This document shows, piece after piece, positions 41,284-51,681 of a stretch of DNA of 61,371 nt. The stretch lies in the NCBI GenBank assembly GCA_044227805.1, contig JBGAWA010000011.1:1-61371 (forward strand). The letters run 5' to 3'. This DNA comes from Chitinophagales bacterium. Lineage in GTDB: Bacteria; Bacteroidota; Bacteroidia; Chitinophagales; UBA10324. The translations under genes were made by a program, and so were the position numbers. Position 1 is the first letter of the stretch; each line of letters begins with the position of its first letter. The notes under the pieces are model-generated. The model did no database searches, was not told the DNA's origin, and worked only from the letters and a program-made list of their open reading frames with translations.

Positions 41284-42729
41284 TTACAAACCATATTTAT
41301 CCACCAGGTATATCAAAGCTGCCATCGCAGCCGCACTCAGCTCCAGCTCGCGACGGTTTACCTTGTCGAATGTATCACTTGCAGCATGATGATAATCAAA
41401 ATATCGCTGCGGGTCAGGCATCAACCCTGAAAGCAGTTGGCAGTTTCCTTCCAGGTGACCAATATCGGCACCGCTGCCGCCGTCTTCAAAATCATACACG
41501 CCGTACGGCAAAAATAACGACCGCCAGGATTTTACTTTTTCGATGGCGGCTTTATCGCCCTCGAATGAAAATCCGCGTGGTTCAAATCCACCGGCATCCG
41601 ATTCAATGGCAAACAGGTGACTTTCCCTTTTCGACTTCGCCTCAGCGGCATATTTTTCTCCGCCACGGCTGCCATTTTCCTCATTCATAAACATGACGGC
41701 ACGAATGGTATTTTTAGGTCGCATGCCCAGTGTTTTGAACAAATACAAAACGTCAATTGATTGCATCACCCCGGAACCATCATCATGTGCACCGTCTCCT
41801 GTTTCCCAGGCATCAAGGTGCCCGCCCACGGTGATGAAAGTATTTGGATTTTCCGTGCCCCTTATTTCTCCGATCACATTAAAGGAAGGTTCATCAGGCA
41901 GCATTTCACACAACTGCCGGAAATATATTCTGGTGGAAGGATCGCGCTTAATCTGCGCGCTTAACTCTTCTGCATCCAGCGTGCTCACCGCGCAGGCCGG
42001 AATTTTAGGCAACGTATCTTCATAATGCATCGCACCAGTATGTGGAAAATCATCCAGGGAAGTGGCGACAGAACGCACCATTACTCCAACGGCTCCGTAC
42101 TGTACCGCTTTTGCCGCGCCTGCCCAGCGGTATTGCACGCCATCACCATACGCTTCAAACGTCCTGATCTTGGTTTGATCCATGGGGTGGTTGTAGAACA
42201 CGATTTTTCCTTCCACATTTTTACGTCCCAATGAATCAAGCTCCGCAAAACTATGCACTTCGACTACCTGGGCTGAGATGCCTTTTTTGCCTGTGCCGAT
42301 GGAATTTCCCAGGGCACAGATAGTAAGTGGCCTTTTCGCCGATTTACCGCTTGTATAGTACGCTGTTTCCTGTTCTCCGCGTACCCAATGCGGCACCATA
42401 CAAGGCTGCAACCAGACAGAATCGAAGCCATATTGCTCCATCAATCTGCGTGTGTATTCCACTGCTCCAGCCGCGCCGGGAGAGCCGGCCAGCCGCTTGC
42501 CATAGTCGCGGCAAAGCACTTCAAGATTTTTATAGGCTTCCCCTTTCATCAATGCCTGGTTGAAAAGCTGTCGGATGATCACAGAGTCACTTACCTGCGC
42601 ATGGGACGCAGCAGCACTTACCAGGAAAATAAGGACGATGGAGATCATCTTCCGCAACAAACAACTCTTTGCATCTTGCCTTAGCGGGAAGTCTGACTCT
42701 CCTTTCAATGAAATATTGTTTGACGTCAT
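41284..42729 (-). CDS. M28 family metallopeptidase (carboxypeptidase Q-like)
   Basis: RLAGSPG, VPHWVRG, PA-domain GKIVFYN, GGHLDAWE, GAHDDGSG, EENG, YHH..DT. The start is uncertain (42648-42729). Confidence 0.9.
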   Translation of the reverse strand: MTSNNISLKGESDFPLRQDAKSCLLRKMISIVLIFLVSAAASHAQVSDSVIIRQLFNQALMKGEAYKNLEVLCRDYGKRLAGSPGAAGAVEYTRRLMEQYGFDSVWLQPCMVPHWVRGEQETAYYTSGKSAKRPLTICALGNSIGTGKKGISAQVVEVHSFAELDSLGRKNVEGKIVFYNHPMDQTKIRTFEAYGDGVQYRWAGAAKAVQYGAVGVMVRSVATSLDDFPHTGAMHYEDTLPKIPACAVSTLDAEELSAQIKRDPSTRIYFRQLCEMLPDEPSFNVIGEIRGTENPNTFITVGGHLDAWETGDGAHDDGSGVMQSIDVLYLFKTLGMRPKNTIRAVMFMNEENGSRGGEKYAAEAKSKRESHLFAIESDAGGFEPRGFSFEGDKAAIEKVKSWRSLFLPYGVYDFEDGGSGADIGHLEGNCQLLSGLMPDPQRYFDYHHAASDTFDKVNRRELELSAAAMAALIYLVDKYGL

Positions 42730-43027
42730 ATGAAGGTGATTTGTAACATTCAAAAATAAACAATGCACTGACCGGTGCAACCTGGAAATGGAAACCATTT
42801 ACAAATTGACGCTTGCCTTGTCAGCCCTGGCTTTTCAAAATAGAAATCCTGCTTCGCAACCACTGAACGCTGCTAACGGTTTGCTCATTTTTCTCAAAAA
42901 AGAACATGTTTCACCAACCCGAAGCAGTGTTGCGTCCGGTTTCAATCCATTGCTGTTTTGAAATGTACAAGTCGGGATTGACTACCATCAGCAATGCACG
43001 TTTTGTTGGCAGCATTGACTTTTCCGC

Positions 43028-44800
43028 TTATGACAGGCCCAATTCCTTTTTCTGCCTGTCATCAATACTTCCCGGAGCATCCAGCATCATATCTCTTCCC
43101 ATGTTGTTTTTAGGAAAAGCGATAAAGTCGCGGATGTTTTCCTGGTTGGCAATAGTCATGGAACAGAAACGATCAAAGCCGAAGGCAATGCCGCCATGTG
43201 GCGGTGCTCCATATTCAAAAGCTTTCAGGATAAATCCAAACTTCTCCAAAGCCTCTTCACGGCTCAATCCCAGCATGCTGAACATTTGTTCCTGCTGCGC
43301 GCGCCGGTGAATGCGGATAGAGCCGCCACCGATTTCTACGCCATTCAAAACAATATCATAGGCATTCGCCTTTATCCGGCCCGGATCGGTTGCAAAGTAG
43401 GGCTCATCTTCAGGACGCCAGGAAGTAAAGGGATGGTGCATGGCATTCCACCTCTTCTCTTCATCGTCATATTCAAACAAAGGAAAATCAAGCACCCACA
43501 GCGGCCGATATTCTTCTTTCCGGCGAAGGTTCAGGCGATTGCCCATTTCAAGGCGGAGCTCACTCAATGCCTTTCTTGTTCTTACGGTTTCTCCCGCAAC
43601 AATGAGGATCAGATCACCCGGAGCGGCTTTGAATCTGTCTGAGATGAGTTTTACTTCTTCCGCTGCATAGAATTTATCAATCGAAGATTTGTAACTGCCA
43701 TCCGTATGGCAGCGGATATAGATTAAACCATTGGCGCCAATCTGCGGGCGTCTCACAAATTCCGTCAATTCATCGATCTGTTTCCGTGTATAGTCAGCGC
43801 AGCCTTTCGCGCAAATGCCGGCTATCGTTTCCGCATCATCAAACACTTTGAAATTCTTACCACTCGTGGTATTCCATTCACCTTCTTTCAGGTAAACAAA
43901 TTTCATTTCAAAACGAATATCCGGTTTGTCGTTGCCATAATCATGCATGGCTTCATCATAACTCATGCGCGGAAAATCAGGCAGGTCGATGCCTTTAACT
44001 TTTTTGAAAACAAACTTCACCATCCCTTCAAACATATTCAGCACATCTTCGCGCTGCACAAAAGCCATTTCGCAGTCGATTTGTGTAAATTCAGGCTGAC
44101 GATCCTGCCGCAGATCTTCATCACGGAAACAGCGGACGATCTGGTAATAGCGGTCGAAGCCGGCCACCATCAGTAATTGCTTAAAGGTTTGCGGCGATTG
44201 TGGCAAAGCATAAAACTGTCCGGGGTTTAGCCGGGAGGGCACCACAAAATCACGCGCACCCTCCGGTGTAGACCGGATGAGATGCGGTGTTTCCACATCC
44301 ACAAAATTTTGCCCGTCGAGATACTCGCGGACAGCACGCGCCACCCGGTGACGATGCATTAAATTGTATTGATTGATGCCGCGCCGCAAATCAAGATACC
44401 GGTAGTTCATACGCAACTCATCGCCGCCATCTGTTTCGTCTTCAATGGTGAATGGCGGCGTTTTGGCGGCGTTGAGAACGGTCAGTTGTTCCACTGCAAT
44501 TTCAATATCACCGGTAGGAAGATTCGCATTTTTATTCGAACGTTCCATCACCTTTCCGGTAACGGTGATCACGTATTCCCTGCCCAGTTCATTGGCCTGT
44601 GCCGACACATCTTCAGCCTGTAACGGCTGACTCGTTTGCGCACCGGCCGGAAAAACCAGTTGCGTAATACCATAGCGGTCACGCAAGTCAAGGAAGAGCA
44701 TGCCGCCGAAATTGCGAATGCGCTGCACCCATCCTGCCAGGGTAACGGTAGTTCCCGCATCATGCATCCTAAGCTCGCCGCAGGTATGTGTTCTGTACAT
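43028..44800 (-). CDS. aspS: Aspartate--tRNA ligase
   Basis: [68 protein letters not shown]. Confidence 0.98.
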   Translation of the reverse strand: MYRTHTCGELRMHDAGTTVTLAGWVQRIRNFGGMLFLDLRDRYGITQLVFPAGAQTSQPLQAEDVSAQANELGREYVITVTGKVMERSNKNANLPTGDIEIAVEQLTVLNAAKTPPFTIEDETDGGDELRMNYRYLDLRRGINQYNLMHRHRVARAVREYLDGQNFVDVETPHLIRSTPEGARDFVVPSRLNPGQFYALPQSPQTFKQLLMVAGFDRYYQIVRCFRDEDLRQDRQPEFTQIDCEMAFVQREDVLNMFEGMVKFVFKKVKGIDLPDFPRMSYDEAMHDYGNDKPDIRFEMKFVYLKEGEWNTTSGKNFKVFDDAETIAGICAKGCADYTRKQIDELTEFVRRPQIGANGLIYIRCHTDGSYKSSIDKFYAAEEVKLISDRFKAAPGDLILIVAGETVRTRKALSELRLEMGNRLNLRRKEEYRPLWVLDFPLFEYDDEEKRWNAMHHPFTSWRPEDEPYFATDPGRIKANAYDIVLNGVEIGGGSIRIHRRAQQEQMFSMLGLSREEALEKFGFILKAFEYGAPPHGGIAFGFDRFCSMTIANQENIRDFIAFPKNNMGRDMMLDAPGSIDDRQKKELGLS

Positions 44801-44918
44801 AAGGTTATCAGTTATGAAAAGTAAAACAGGATGGCAAAAGTAGTTTTTTAGAAGCGTTGAAAAAACATTGCCCTGTTGTTGCGCTGCAATGTAGATTTGC
44901 CACATCATTTCCTGCTTC

Positions 44919-45665
44919 ATGAATAAATCACTGTTGATTTACGCCACCTGCCTGCTGTTTTTTGCGCAACAATTGCAAGCGCAGGAATATCTGCTTTCCA
45001 GTGCAAGGTGGTCTGATATGTCGAACCGCTCAACGAGAAACACCGCCTCTGCCATTAGTATAGATAGTTCGCTGATCACGATCTCACAGGGACCGACCAA
45101 CCTTTATCTGGAAATCACCAAACAGTCAAGGCGTGAAAACATCTTCACCTACGAGGTGATTGATCCTAATGATCAGGTGGCTACTGCCATCTTCTCACCG
45201 GAAGAAATGACCTTCGATTACAGAGCCGGGCCCTATTGGCTGCGTTACTTCATTACCACTATTCAACGGCCGGAAAAAGACGATGCTCCGGCCATTGCAA
45301 AAGACTCTGCAGGCAATAAGAATGATACGGCGGAAGTGGTGGAAGACACCAAAATTTACGAGACCGCCACCGTGATGCCGGAGTTTCCCGGCGGGAAAGA
45401 AGCCATGGATCGTTTCATCGCCGGGAACCTCAGGTATCCGGCGGCCGCGAAAAAAAGCAACCTCAAAGGATTAGTGACTATTTCAGCCATCGTGGAAAAG
45501 GACGGCTCGTTGAGCGACGTGAAAGTGAAAAAAGATATTGGCGGAGACTGCGGCAGCGAAGCCGTAAGAGTTGTTAAACTGATGCCAACCTGGATTCCGG
45601 GGCAGATAAAGAACGAAGACAAGCGTGTACGTATCAGTATCAGCCTGTTTTTTCCTCCGAAGTGA
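44919..45665 (+). CDS. Exported protein with C-terminal TonB domain
   Basis: Signal peptide ..LQA|Q; MPEFPGG..NLRYP..G.V....VEKDG...EAVRVVK.MP.W.PG. A -7 box TAGATTTG lies at 44892-44899. Confidence 0.85.
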   Translation: MNKSLLIYATCLLFFAQQLQAQEYLLSSARWSDMSNRSTRNTASAISIDSSLITISQGPTNLYLEITKQSRRENIFTYEVIDPNDQVATAIFSPEEMTFDYRAGPYWLRYFITTIQRPEKDDAPAIAKDSAGNKNDTAEVVEDTKIYETATVMPEFPGGKEAMDRFIAGNLRYPAAAKKSNLKGLVTISAIVEKDGSLSDVKVKKDIGGDCGSEAVRVVKLMPTWIPGQIKNEDKRVRISISLFFPPK

Positions 45666-45699
45666 GGAGTCAGGAACCTTTGATTGAAAATTCCGCTGT

Positions 45700-46410
45700 T
45701 TACTTTATTGCCGCCTGCATACCTTCCGTTGCCATCTGCTTCAGCGATCCTTTTACGATTAAATATTGCGCCGCGATATAGGTCACCATTATCAGGAAAC
45801 CCGCCATCGCAAACGGAGTCGCGAATTTATTGATGGCCAGCAAAGAGTCGCTCAGCATAAAACTCATCGCTCCGGCGAATACCAGCAGAAAACTGTGGTA
45901 TTCAACCCGGCGGAATCTGTTGAGTGCGGCAATGCCCATGAGGAGTATCACCAACATATACACCAATACCGGAATTAACAGGCTGCCAAGCCCCTGGCTG
46001 ATGAAGAAAAAAAACAAGAGACCATATGCCGCGAAGAGCAGGACCAGCCAGGGCTGCTGGCGAATTACTGACTGCGTGTGGTGAACCGATGTTTTTCCAA
46101 ATGCAAGGATGTAACAAAGGTGCGCTGCGAGGAAACTGATTAATCCTGCCAGGAAAAAACCGGCCTCGTTTTGCTGAAACAACAGCAGCACATCGCCCAA
46201 CCAGGAAAATGAAAGTGCTGCGAGCATAAAATTCCGGTGCGCTTTATTCAGCTTGCCAGACTGAAGATAATACAGGATGCCAAGCAGCAAGAGTAATAAA
46301 GGCTTGGTAAGTATCACGAGGCTATTAAAAAGTGCGCCGCCAAGAATGGCCGCGAGGTGAATTCCCGCAACAACAAAAAATGCCTGGAAGGAAAAAAGTT
46401 TAGTGCGCAT
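45700..46410 (-). CDS. Lysoplasmalogenase (YhhN/TMEM86 family)
   Basis: Polytopic membrane protein; TKPLL, SWLGDVLL, GLISFLAAHLCYI, FMLSDSLLAINKF, IM.TY..AQY. Confidence 0.9.
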   Translation of the reverse strand: MRTKLFSFQAFFVVAGIHLAAILGGALFNSLVILTKPLLLLLLGILYYLQSGKLNKAHRNFMLAALSFSWLGDVLLLFQQNEAGFFLAGLISFLAAHLCYILAFGKTSVHHTQSVIRQQPWLVLLFAAYGLLFFFFISQGLGSLLIPVLVYMLVILLMGIAALNRFRRVEYHSFLLVFAGAMSFMLSDSLLAINKFATPFAMAGFLIMVTYIAAQYLIVKGSLKQMATEGMQAAIK

Positions 46411-47641
46411 TCAGGTGGTGATTCTTAGCAACCGGTGCATGATAGCATTGCTGTATCCAGAAAACAGATCCCGCTACTACCACTGCTATCGAAACAGCAA
46501 TGACTGCAAAAACCGCAGTATCCTTCAGCAGGTATAACAGCGCGGCAGCGGTGAGCAGCAACCTGGTCTGTTCAATTACCAGAGCCATTGGTTTTGCTTC
46601 CAGCAAATACCCGCATGCCATCACGGCGAATGTTATCAGTGCGGCCGCCAACAACTGTTCCGTAAAAGACAAACTGCCAAGGTTAAAAAGGAAAAATGAG
46701 GCGCCGGCGAGTATGAGCAGAAATTGCAGGAGCAGATATATATTCATCGCACGACTCAAAGGCGTATTGAATTTTTCATAACTCTCTGCCTGCACCGCTT
46801 TGGGTTCACGATAACCGCCATACTTTTCGGGCAGCCAGCCTGGTTTCTTAAACAACAACCTTATTTTATCAGGCCATTCCTTAATAAGTTTTACATCGCT
46901 CCACATATTCGTGAATGGCAACAGGTGTGCGGCAACCGGATCCCATCGCTGAACTGGTGTAGTGATACCATACACCACTTTTTCCTCTTCCTGCTGAAAT
47001 GTGTCGAATAACCTGTCCCAGATGATCAGCGTGCCTCCATGATTACGGTCAATATATTTGGGGTTTTTCCCGTGGTGAACACGGTGATGGGAAGGAGTAT
47101 TGAAAATATATTCCAGCGGGCCCATGCCGCGAATGGCTTCCGTATGAATCCAAAACTGGTAAAGAGTATTATAAGCACTCAGCAGGAGAAACCAGGTGGT
47201 ATTGAATCCGGCCAGTGCAAGCGGAAGGTAAAATGCAGCCGTAAAAACCTTTTGCAATGCTCCCTGCCGCAACGCTACAGACAGGTTATATTCTTCACTC
47301 TGATGGTGCACGACGTGACCAGCCCAGAACAAATTAATTTCATGGCTCAGCCGGTGTGCCCAGTAGTAAAAAAAATCGACTCCCAGAAAAAGGAGCAGCA
47401 ACCAATACCATTTGTCCGGCACGGTAAACAGGCGAAAATGGTCGTACACCACAGCGTATAATGCGACGGTAAAAACTTTGGCGAATGTGCCAGTCACCTG
47501 CTCAAAAATTCCGCAGCTGATGTTACTGACCGCATCATTCAAACGGTAGAGGTGTTTGTTGGTAATACGGTCATAAATTATTTCAATACCAATAAGGATA
47601 AAAAAGATGGGAATAGAAAGTACAATTGGATTTATTGCCAT
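46400..47641 (-). CDS. Alkylglycerol monooxygenase-like di-iron membrane enzyme (fatty acid hydroxylase/sterol desaturase family)
   Basis: YYWAHRLSHEINLFWAGHVVHHQSEEYNLSVALRQ, YQFWIHTE, NTPSHHRVHHG.N..YID.N.GG.LIIWDR.F.TF, plus the AGMO-type C-terminal extension (KPGW.P). Overlaps the next gene by 11 nt. Confidence 0.85.
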   Translation of the reverse strand: MAINPIVLSIPIFFILIGIEIIYDRITNKHLYRLNDAVSNISCGIFEQVTGTFAKVFTVALYAVVYDHFRLFTVPDKWYWLLLLFLGVDFFYYWAHRLSHEINLFWAGHVVHHQSEEYNLSVALRQGALQKVFTAAFYLPLALAGFNTTWFLLLSAYNTLYQFWIHTEAIRGMGPLEYIFNTPSHHRVHHGKNPKYIDRNHGGTLIIWDRLFDTFQQEEEKVVYGITTPVQRWDPVAAHLLPFTNMWSDVKLIKEWPDKIRLLFKKPGWLPEKYGGYREPKAVQAESYEKFNTPLSRAMNIYLLLQFLLILAGASFFLFNLGSLSFTEQLLAAALITFAVMACGYLLEAKPMALVIEQTRLLLTAAALLYLLKDTAVFAVIAVSIAVVVAGSVFWIQQCYHAPVAKNHHLNAH

Positions 47642-47814
47642 GGTGGTAATTTAATCATGAAAAACGAGACCGCAAAAAAAGTCAACCGGCCTTCATTTCA
47701 AGTTTTACATTGTATGAAACAACTTGGGTGCTTACGGGCAACTTCCCGGTCCGGCATCCGTAGCGCTCGATGCTGCACGGCAGTCCGATTGCAGGTGTTT
47801 TACTATTTTCAGCC

Positions 47815-48366
47815 ATGCAAAAAACAAAACTACTCCGGCAATTCAATATGCTGGAAACGTCGCGTAAAAAATTAACCAATGACTTAAAAAAATTGGATCC
47901 GGCATTGCTTCAGTACAAGCCTGCACCTGACAAATGGTCGGTGAGTGAGGTGCTGAATCATCTGCAATTTTCAGAACAGGCCTCTATCGCTTATGCAACA
48001 AAAAAAATTTTGGGCGGAAAGTCATTGAAGAAAACAGGCATGGCGGCTACCCTGCGCGCGGAAGCGCTTTCACTTTTACTAAGGTCAGGTTACAAATGGA
48101 AGGCACCAGCCGTACTGGCCGCCGCAGCGGAAAACCTGCCTTTTGAAGAAGTGGCTGAGCGGTGGACGGCAACAAGGCAACGGATGAAATCTTTTTTGGA
48201 AAACCTGCCCGATGAACTCATCATGCGGGAAATCTACAAGCATCCGCGTGCAGGAAGACTGAATGCCTTACAAATGATGCAGTTCTTTCATGATCATTTC
48301 AATCATCATCTGCCACAAATCAACCGGCTGAAGAAAGCGATCGCCGCAATCCATACAACCACGTGA
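47815..48366 (+). CDS. DinB/YfiT family protein
   Basis: KP.PDKWS..EVL.HL...E; HP.AG.L...Q...F...HF.HH..QI. Confidence 0.85.
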   Translation: MQKTKLLRQFNMLETSRKKLTNDLKKLDPALLQYKPAPDKWSVSEVLNHLQFSEQASIAYATKKILGGKSLKKTGMAATLRAEALSLLLRSGYKWKAPAVLAAAAENLPFEEVAERWTATRQRMKSFLENLPDELIMREIYKHPRAGRLNALQMMQFFHDHFNHHLPQINRLKKAIAAIHTTT

Positions 48367-48562
48367 AGGAAGCAATACGATGTAGCTTACTCCTGCATCT
48401 TACCATGTTTTTTTCTTTCCGGAATGTATTCATCCCGGATATAAAAATGGAGAAATGCGGGCTATAAAAACTCCGCCGGACAGATGGCTTCTGCCGGAAG
48501 TAACATGAATTAGTATAGCAACACTTGAGTCCAACGCTTACTTTTGCAAAAAAAACTAATTC

Positions 48563-49165
48563 ATGAAATCATCCCTGCTCATCGCCTGGAATGTAATACT
48601 GACTGTAATTATTGCCGCGCTGCTGTTCATTCAACTGGGCAGCAAGCAACCAACTACTGCAGTTACTGAAATCACCCCTGCTAAATCTTCAACAGCCGGC
48701 CCGGCAACCGAAGCGCGCATCGCGACCATCAATATTGACTCGATGCAAAACAATTATACCCTCTTTGTGAATAAAAAGAAAGAACTCGAACAAAAACAGA
48801 AACAGATGGAAGCCACGCTGGCAAGAAAAGGACAGGAGCTACAATCCGACTATCAAAAAGCACAGCAACAAGCCTCCACCATGACGCAGCAGCAACTTGC
48901 GGAAACGGAACAAAGCCTGCAAAAGAAACAGGCAGATATACAGCAACTGCAAGGGCAACTGAGTGGCGACCTTCAAAATCAACTGGATAAGTTCAATAAA
49001 GAGTTGAAAGATTCTCTCGATTCCTTTCTGAAAGATTATAATGCAACCGGCAAATACACCGTAATTCTTTCTGTTGTGGAAGGCGGCCAGGTTTTGTATG
49101 CCGAACCGCAATATGATATTACCGGTGATGCAATCATTGGTATGAATGGAAGGCTTAAGAAATAG
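48563..49165 (+). CDS. OmpH/Skp family chaperone
   Basis: IATINIDS, Q/K-rich coiled coil, VLYA.P.YDIT. A -7 box TACTTTTG lies at 48539-48546. Confidence 0.85.
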   Translation: MKSSLLIAWNVILTVIIAALLFIQLGSKQPTTAVTEITPAKSSTAGPATEARIATINIDSMQNNYTLFVNKKKELEQKQKQMEATLARKGQELQSDYQKAQQQASTMTQQQLAETEQSLQKKQADIQQLQGQLSGDLQNQLDKFNKELKDSLDSFLKDYNATGKYTVILSVVEGGQVLYAEPQYDITGDAIIGMNGRLKK

Positions 49166-49199
49166 TGCCGGCTCACATTACTTATTGAACCATGATTTT

Positions 49200-49230
49200 T
49201 TTAACCCGGATTTTTCAGCAGAAAAATCCG
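49200..49230. repeat. Second copy of the dispersed palindrome
   Basis: TTTAACCCGGATTTTTC-AGCA-GAAAAATCCG; the left arm is identical to the 21344 copy over 17 nt. Confidence 0.75.
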
Positions 49231-49338
49231 CTTTGCTGAGTGGTAGCAGTGCTAAGTGATTGCTAATTTATTTCAACAGAGAAAGTGCTTCTCAAAACAT
49301 CAGCAGTTTTTAATTTTGTGATGCGGGTTCCAACGGGT

Positions 49339-50439
49339 TTACTTTTCACTTTCCACATTCACCACTTCATACATGCTTTTTCCGTCTTTCTGAATGGGCT
49401 GATAATAGGTTTCGCCGATCTTCACATACGTAACATCGCCGATTTTTATTTCTTCACCTCCTTCCGGTAAATTTTCCACAATGGCGCCGGCTGTGGGTGG
49501 CACAACAGTATATCCATCTGATGATTTTTCATAGTAGGCACCACCGTAATAGTAATTATTGGTGGTCTCATTGATCACCACCGTTTGCGATTGCGCCGGC
49601 AATGTTGTTATGGTAGCTCCCACCGGCGCCTGCACTACCGTATAACCACCATTGCTTTGCACGTAATATACGCCCTGATCGTAGTAGTATGGCTGACTGT
49701 TAACACTCACTACCACCGCGGTAACCGCCAAGGTAGCCACAAAAAATCCCCAAGGATGCCAAACCGGTCCCCAGTAGTAAGGGTGATAAGGATGATAATA
49801 ATAAGGATGGTGACAATAATACCGGTGACCACCATAAACATAGGGTGGCCGTGAATAGTGATAGTTGCTGTTTCTTACCACCGTATTCTTGTTATTATTG
49901 ATATTAATATTGTTGCTGTTATCAATATTAATATTGTTATTGCCTCCGCCGGATGGCCGGTTGCCGGCATTACCATTATTGTTGCCATTTCCAGGCTTAT
50001 TACCCGCATTGATATTGTTGTTCCCACTGGCTGGCTTGTTACCTGAATTGATGTTGTTGTTCCCACTGGTTGGCTTGTTACCCGAATTGATGTTGCTGTT
50101 TCCTGTAGAAGGCCTGTTTACGGAATTGTTATTTCCGGCCGGCTGCTGTGGCTTACTTACTGCATTGCCGCTACCGGAAGGATTTCTATCAGGCGGACGC
50201 TGACTTCCACCATTGATGGTACCCTTGTTACCACCGGAAGGAGTGGCAGGCCTTGACATATTAGAGGCTCCGCCGGAAGGTGCTGACGGTCTCGACATGG
50301 TGGACCCACCGGAGGGCTTTGCTGCACCCCCGCCTCCGTGACGCATTTGCTGCGCTTGCACAGTGATGGAGAAAAGTATGGCGGCAAGCAGCAACGTGCA
50401 GCCGGAAACGAATTTTTTTAGAAACAAGAATATATGCAT
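49339..50439 (-). CDS. Secreted protein with N/G/S/P low-complexity region and DUF6515-like C-terminus
   Basis: Signal peptide; 13-aa repeats (SGNKPTSGNNNIN; 39-nt DNA period near 50000-50110); H/P/Y-rich segment; YYY.QGVYY...Y.VV.AP.GA....LP occurs twice. Confidence 0.75.
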   Translation of the reverse strand: MHIFLFLKKFVSGCTLLLAAILFSITVQAQQMRHGGGGAAKPSGGSTMSRPSAPSGGASNMSRPATPSGGNKGTINGGSQRPPDRNPSGSGNAVSKPQQPAGNNNSVNRPSTGNSNINSGNKPTSGNNNINSGNKPASGNNNINAGNKPGNGNNNGNAGNRPSGGGNNNINIDNSNNININNNKNTVVRNSNYHYSRPPYVYGGHRYYCHHPYYYHPYHPYYWGPVWHPWGFFVATLAVTAVVVSVNSQPYYYDQGVYYVQSNGGYTVVQAPVGATITTLPAQSQTVVINETTNNYYYGGAYYEKSSDGYTVVPPTAGAIVENLPEGGEEIKIGDVTYVKIGETYYQPIQKDGKSMYEVVNVESEK

Positions 50440-50469
50440 GTGAGGTGAGTTGATCGTAAGATGGATATT

Positions 50470-51195
50470 TTATCGCGCCATGATAGAAATGGCACGTGCA
50501 TTTGGTGGCGGAATAAATTCAAACATGGAAGCAGGCAGCACCGGGTTGATCTGCCAGTTTGAAAATGTGTTTTCATACTGCTTGGCGGTTCCTTCGTCCT
50601 GGCGGCTGATGAGATATTTCACCGGCAGGTTCATCGCATCATTAGCAATCCAAATCTGTATGGTCATCGTGCTGGATTTGGCGATGATCTGAAAACACTC
50701 TTTGCCGGCCACCGTTTTTTTGCCGTTAAAAATTATCTGATCACTGCTATTCATCAGGTCATCGGTGAAAGTAGGATAGAAAAAATCTGCGGCCGGAAAA
50801 TCTATTCCGTAACTCTTGTTCACTGTATCTATAGTCTCAATAGTGGTGGGCGGCGTGCTGATGCTGACATAATTATTTTCGTCAAATGAATAATAGATCA
50901 GCTGGGTCCCATTGTACCAGAAGCCTCGCTTTCCTTTGTCACCGTCATTATAGACCAGCATTTTATCAGGCCCGTCAAAATACACCTGGTTCTCACTGAA
51001 GTGCGTATTGAACCCGACATCAGGATCATCCGCATCCTTGCTGCTGTGCAGCGTAAAACTCACTGAAGTCAAATCACCTATCACGTCACTCATGTGGTCG
51101 AGGATCATTATGGCAATCGGATCAAATTTTTCTTGCTGTGCCGAAACCGGCAGCACCCACGATATCAGCAGGATACTCACAATCATGTTTTTCAT
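50470..51195 (-). CDS. DUF2092-like periplasmic protein
   Basis: Signal peptide; A..IL..MS..I..L; PDK....; FWYNG....Y....N.Y; G.DFPAADF; QIWI...NLP.KY.I; FEF.PP..A..I. Confidence 0.8.
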   Translation of the reverse strand: MKNMIVSILLISWVLPVSAQQEKFDPIAIMILDHMSDVIGDLTSVSFTLHSSKDADDPDVGFNTHFSENQVYFDGPDKMLVYNDGDKGKRGFWYNGTQLIYYSFDENNYVSISTPPTTIETIDTVNKSYGIDFPAADFFYPTFTDDLMNSSDQIIFNGKKTVAGKECFQIIAKSSTMTIQIWIANDAMNLPVKYLISRQDEGTAKQYENTFSNWQINPVLPASMFEFIPPPNARAISIMAR

Positions 51196-51681
51196 GCAGA
51201 ACCCTTTATTTTTTTCCTGTTTATTTACCCGTCAGACATTGATTGTTTAAATGACAGGCCTGGTGAAGGGTTAAATATATTATTCATTTTATTGTATTGC
51301 AAATCCGGCCGTATGGCTTCCACTCGTTCCTGCTGGCTTCCTTCTCCTGATTTTAAGCAGAGGGCCTAAACAACACCGCCACATCTTTACTTACTTCAGT
51401 ACATATAAACAGACGGTATTACATCCAGAAATCAAAAACATCTTGTCGCACAATCCCTTTTTTTCAGCTCAAAAATCAATCAGTCTTAACCACGCGATTA
51501 CACTGCCGTGAATTTTCAAATCATCTTGCTCTACAATTAAAACAAGACTCGCCTGAGAAGTGGCATGATGTGGTTTTCCGGGATTTTTCAATTGAAAAAG
51601 CTGGGATAAAACTACATTTGGCGATTACCATCCGGCATCCGGAAAAGGATGACGGCTGCCAGTCAACAACCGCTTGCTCAC

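Noticed and set aside
49990-50140. 39-nt tandem DNA repeats as a CRISPR array
   Set aside because: They are in-frame coding repeats without unique spacers, and there are no cas genes.
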